From contig JAUFOQ010000003.1 of NCBI GenBank assembly GCA_040285855.1, forward strand, positions 1,612,001 to 1,676,000: 64,000 nucleotides of DNA, given 5' to 3'. The stretch's first letter is position 1. Each line of letters begins with the position of its first letter. Below, one piece after another: positions 60,451 to 64,000 of the stretch. The notes below the pieces were generated by a model. The model did not search any database and was not told the DNA's origin. It worked only from the letters and a program-made list of their open reading frames with translations. The DNA comes from Eukaryota sp. GEM-RC1 (taxonomy: Eukaryota). A program made the position numbers and the translations under genes.

Positions 60451-62302
60451 TAGCACTGGGCGTTCAGATCAGATTTCACTTCAGATTTCGGATCGGATCG
60501 GATTCAGATCGGATTCAGATCCAGTTTTGCTATTTTGTTCGGATTCGGATCAGATTCGGATTCGAACGTTCGGATTCAGATCGGATTCAGATCCTTTTGT
60601 TCGGATTCAGATCGAAGTCAGATATCCGTTATCTGAAACCAATTGTGGTGTATACAACTTGTTATTGTTGTAATTATACAATGATCTTTATACTAGTAGT
60701 AAATATTTTGACATTAGTAGCCGATCTGTTCTATCAAAGTACTGTAGCAAAATCGATCAAATACAGATTCTTCCCGCCATTTTATTTCATCCTTTAAAGC
60801 ATGTCTAGTTTCTTCGGTGTAAGCTCTGATGACGATGTCGTTGAAATCCCGCCTTCAGAATCATCTGTTCATTCTCAAAGAACACAGTCTACTGCTCCCA
60901 CAACTGAGTCCTCCCCTCCTATGAAAAAAACTCGCACTATGAAAAGTCGCTCTCGTGTATGGGATTATTTCAAAATTGATAAAGCACGAAATGTTGTATT
61001 TTGCACTTTATGCAATAATTGTGAATATTCAATTGCTCAATCACCACCATCTACTGGGAACATGAGCAGACATCTCAGTAACAAGCATGGTGATTGGCAA
61101 AGTGGAAATCCCAGCAATCAACTGACAATGGACTCCTTTTTGGCAGTAGCACCCAGTGTTAAAACACAAAACGATCTTGAAGAGAGCTTATTGAAACTTA
61201 TTATCACCCAAAACGTGCCTTTTTCTATTCTTGAATCTAATCATTTGCAAGATTTTGTGCAGATAATTCATTCAATGAAGGAAAAACCTACTGTTCCTTC
61301 CAGAAGATCATTTGGCCGACTCCTCAAATCTAAATACTGTGTAGAACGAGAAGAAACCACCACCAAAATGCACACTTGTGATTCTCCTATCTGTTTAACT
61401 GTTGATGGATGGTCTGGCCGCCAACAAAAACACTTTCTGGGCATCACTGCTCATTTTATTGATGATGCATTTAACTATCATAACTTTTGCTTAGATGTTG
61501 TAGAAATAAAAATACAACAAACCACCAAGAATTTAAAGGATTTGATCGTTGACATCATGATTAAGTTCAAGTTAATCCACGAGGGAAAATGTCGCGTGTT
61601 TGCCATGACCTGTGATAATGCGAGGAATATTGTCAAGGCTGGAAGTCTACTTAAAGCGGAGTGGGCCATCGAAACCAGACGATGCGGAGCTCATGTCCTA
61701 AATTTGATTGTCAAACAGGGATTGGAACCCATTAAGCCAGCCATAGGCAAGGTTAGGGCTTTTGTCCTTGCTTACAGAACTTCAATATTGAAGGGAGTCC
61801 TAAATAGGTTCTGTGCTTCAAAGAGTTTTCAAAAGATCAACACTCTGAAGGATGATGTTGAAACTCGCTGGAACAGCACGTACGACATGTTGAAGAGCTA
61901 CCAGGATGCCATGATCGTCATAAAGAACTTCTTTGCAGAACCCAGCGTTTCTAGTGGATATTATGAATGAAGCTCTTGAAGCTATGTGTTCTCTAAAATC
62001 TTGGTGGAATCAGCTTGGTGCTGTAGATAATGAAGATAGTGACTCAGAATAGTACTTGTATTTATTTAAGTGATATAAAGAATATGATATTGGTGTTCTC
62101 ATATAGTCAAGAAAGGGCTAAGAAGATTCTGCTTGTTCGGATTTCAGATCGGATTCAGATTAGAGTAGTTCGGATCGGATCGGATTCAGATTAGAGTAGT
62201 TCGGATCGGATCAGATTCGGATCAAGGTAGTTCAGATCGGATCAGATTCGGATACAAGAAATTCAGATCAGATCGGATCGGATATCTGAACGCCCAGTGC
62301 TG
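60451..62302 (+). mobile_element. hAT DNA transposon, internally deleted
   Basis: TIR (t/c)agcactgggcgttcagat; 8-bp TSD CAGATCCT (60443-50, 62303-10); subterminal tcggat/tcagat arrays. Confidence 0.93.
60801..61970 (+). CDS. hAT transposase with BED zinc finger, truncated before the catalytic Glu and dimerisation domain
   Basis: VWDYF...CTLC...NMSRHLSNKH; TVDGWS; TCDNARN; CGAHVLNL; TRWNS. Confidence 0.88.
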   Translation: MSSFFGVSSDDDVVEIPPSESSVHSQRTQSTAPTTESSPPMKKTRTMKSRSRVWDYFKIDKARNVVFCTLCNNCEYSIAQSPPSTGNMSRHLSNKHGDWQSGNPSNQLTMDSFLAVAPSVKTQNDLEESLLKLIITQNVPFSILESNHLQDFVQIIHSMKEKPTVPSRRSFGRLLKSKYCVEREETTTKMHTCDSPICLTVDGWSGRQQKHFLGITAHFIDDAFNYHNFCLDVVEIKIQQTTKNLKDLIVDIMIKFKLIHEGKCRVFAMTCDNARNIVKAGSLLKAEWAIETRRCGAHVLNLIVKQGLEPIKPAIGKVRAFVLAYRTSILKGVLNRFCASKSFQKINTLKDDVETRWNSTYDMLKSYQDAMIVIKNFFAEPSVSSGYYE

Positions 62303-62332
62303 CAGATCCTACTTCTGTAGTATATATCATAT

Positions 62333-64000
62333 ATGCTCTCGCCTCTTCACAGCCTTCAACAGTCTTTATTGGTGTTGCTCAGTTCTAATCTTCTTCGAAA
62401 ACTCTTTAAGTCCCATCTTTCAATTGATTATGATGATCCACGCTGCTCTCTTCGTTGTCTTTTAAGACACTTTCCCTCATGCTTTGAGAAAGTTGGATAT
62501 GTGAGCAAAAGATTCTTTGAATCTACGTTCCTTGCAGCTCATCTCTTCTTTGAATCAAACACATTCCCTGTTGTATCAAGAGATATCCCTCTTCTGTCTT
62601 CCATTGCTGCCCTCTTTGCAGCAAACATACGATCTATATTCTTAATTGATGGCAGGAAGTTCAAAGTAGAAGACCTTTCCTATTCTTTTTCGTCCATATC
62701 TGGATTAAGCCTAAGACTGCATCACGATTGTACCATTCAGTTCGACTTTATGATCCACTCATGTCCTCTTCATTTACTTCATCTTAAGAAAGTTGACGTC
62801 TTGGTTTATCCCATGGCTTCTCTTTCTTTCTTTAGTAAAGCCCTCAGTCTTAATCACACAATTCGAGAATTAAATGTTTATTTCTACTACTTCTCATTTG
62901 CTGATTCCACTGCTTTTGAAGAAGTTTTCTCCTCAAACACCACATTGACCAACGTCACTATATCCTATAGCCCTTTGTTCCCCAGTGATCGTCTTGTTGA
63001 TGACGAGTTTCGACTTCTTTGCATTGCCCTTGAAAAAAGTACAGTGATTGAACTGGTAGACTTTTCTGGTTTCTCTGTGGCTGATTCAAATAATTTAATT
63101 TCTCTACTAAAGAGTCGTAGTATTAGAAGGTTTAAGTGTCCTATAGCTCCTTTTGTTCATTCTACCGTGTTTACTGCTCTTAATGCGTCGTTTATTAGGG
63201 AATTGTCTTTCAGGAATACAAATTTTAGTGTTGAAGATCTTTGTGATTATTTAAAGTTTAATCTCTATTTGAAAAAGCTGGAGATATCGGAATGTGCTGT
63301 ATCATTTCAATCATTTTTCAAATTTCTCGAATCTAATTCTTCTTTATCAGAATTAATACTCAATAAGTGTAAGAAGTCGCTCAATGAATCTCATTCATTT
63401 GTTCAAATGTTGCAATATAACCAGGGTTTACTTGTTTTAAATCTTGATGAGTCACTCTTTAAGTCTATTAATTTCCAAAAGTTATACGTGGTTTTTCAAA
63501 GAATTCTACTTTAAAGTCTGTCACTTTCTCAGCACTAGATTTTAGATCTTTACTTGTATTGTTTGAAGGATTAGTTGAATTCAGGTTTAAAACTAGTATC
63601 GATGTTTCCCCCAATTCTATTGACATTTCTACTGGATGTATTGTTTATGAAAATAAGATCAAAAACTCTGATCTGGTTTCACTTTTTTAATTCTTTGAAA
63701 TCAATGACTCCAATAACACGTGTTGAAAGTCGAGGGTCAGATTCTCTAAGTCTTGAAGGAATATTGGCCTTATTTGAAATTCTTTCTATCAACAGGTCAG
63801 TGATTGTTCTGGATATTTCTCCTCATTTAATTGATTTTGCTTCTGGTACTATTAAGTTTAGAAGTAATGTTTGTGCTAACGATTTGCACTGTTTGTTAAA
63901 TGCTTTAAAATCAAATGTTCCTATCAAACGTGTTGATTGTCTTGGATTGAAAAGTCCAAATCTTCTCGAAGTTGTGTATATATTTAAAATTCGCTTAATT
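62333..64000 (+). CDS. RNI-like leucine-rich repeat protein, frameshifted, running off the window end
   Basis: LRR motifs NHTIRELNV, NTTLTNVTI, LKKLEISEC, NSSLSELIL. The 3' part (SPNSIDISTG; SPHLIDF) belongs to the same repeat family as 49-58 kb. Confidence 0.7.

Noticed and set aside
60466..60612. tcggat/tcagat microsatellite as telomeric or independent satellite
   Set aside because: Mirrored at 62137-62290 inside the TIRs; these are hAT subterminal repeats.
781..64000. Widespread frameshifts as pseudogenisation or programmed frameshifting
   Set aside because: They affect conserved host genes (Sin3, CSN1-like, GT8) and mobile elements alike, and those examined are 1-nt losses in homopolymers, typical of unpolished long-read assembly.

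Overview
An AT-rich, gene-dense, almost intron-free eukaryotic (protist-like) region; the species cannot be identified from the sequence. Nearly every long gene is split by 1-bp losses in homopolymers, most simply long-read assembly error, so split ORFs are joined below. Host genes: PABP 3' part, CSN1/Rpn7-like PCI protein, Tim17-family protein, Sin3, signal-peptide L-asparaginase, permuted papain-like protein, GT8 glycosyltransferase and LRR proteins. Mobile DNA: a young Ty3/Gypsy LTR element nested in a Tc1/mariner MITE, hAT elements and MITEs, and CRE-like retroelement remnants. Two systems stand out. (1) At ~16.7-22.8 kb, a Fanzor1-type RNA-guided RuvC nuclease with all three catalytic motifs appears to end a polyprotein: 114-bp tandem repeats, a 2A StopGo peptide, a SENP8/Ulp1-like protease, a degenerate PolB-type exonuclease, Fanzor and a CCHC knuckle. 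A structured candidate omega-RNA follows and no transposase is evident. (2) A modular family joins an ER anchor (calnexin lumenal domain plus TM, or FFAT-like motifs) through very long repeat spacers to a PH domain, or to LRRs plus a villin headpiece. This looks like a set of candidate ER-membrane and ER-actin tethers.
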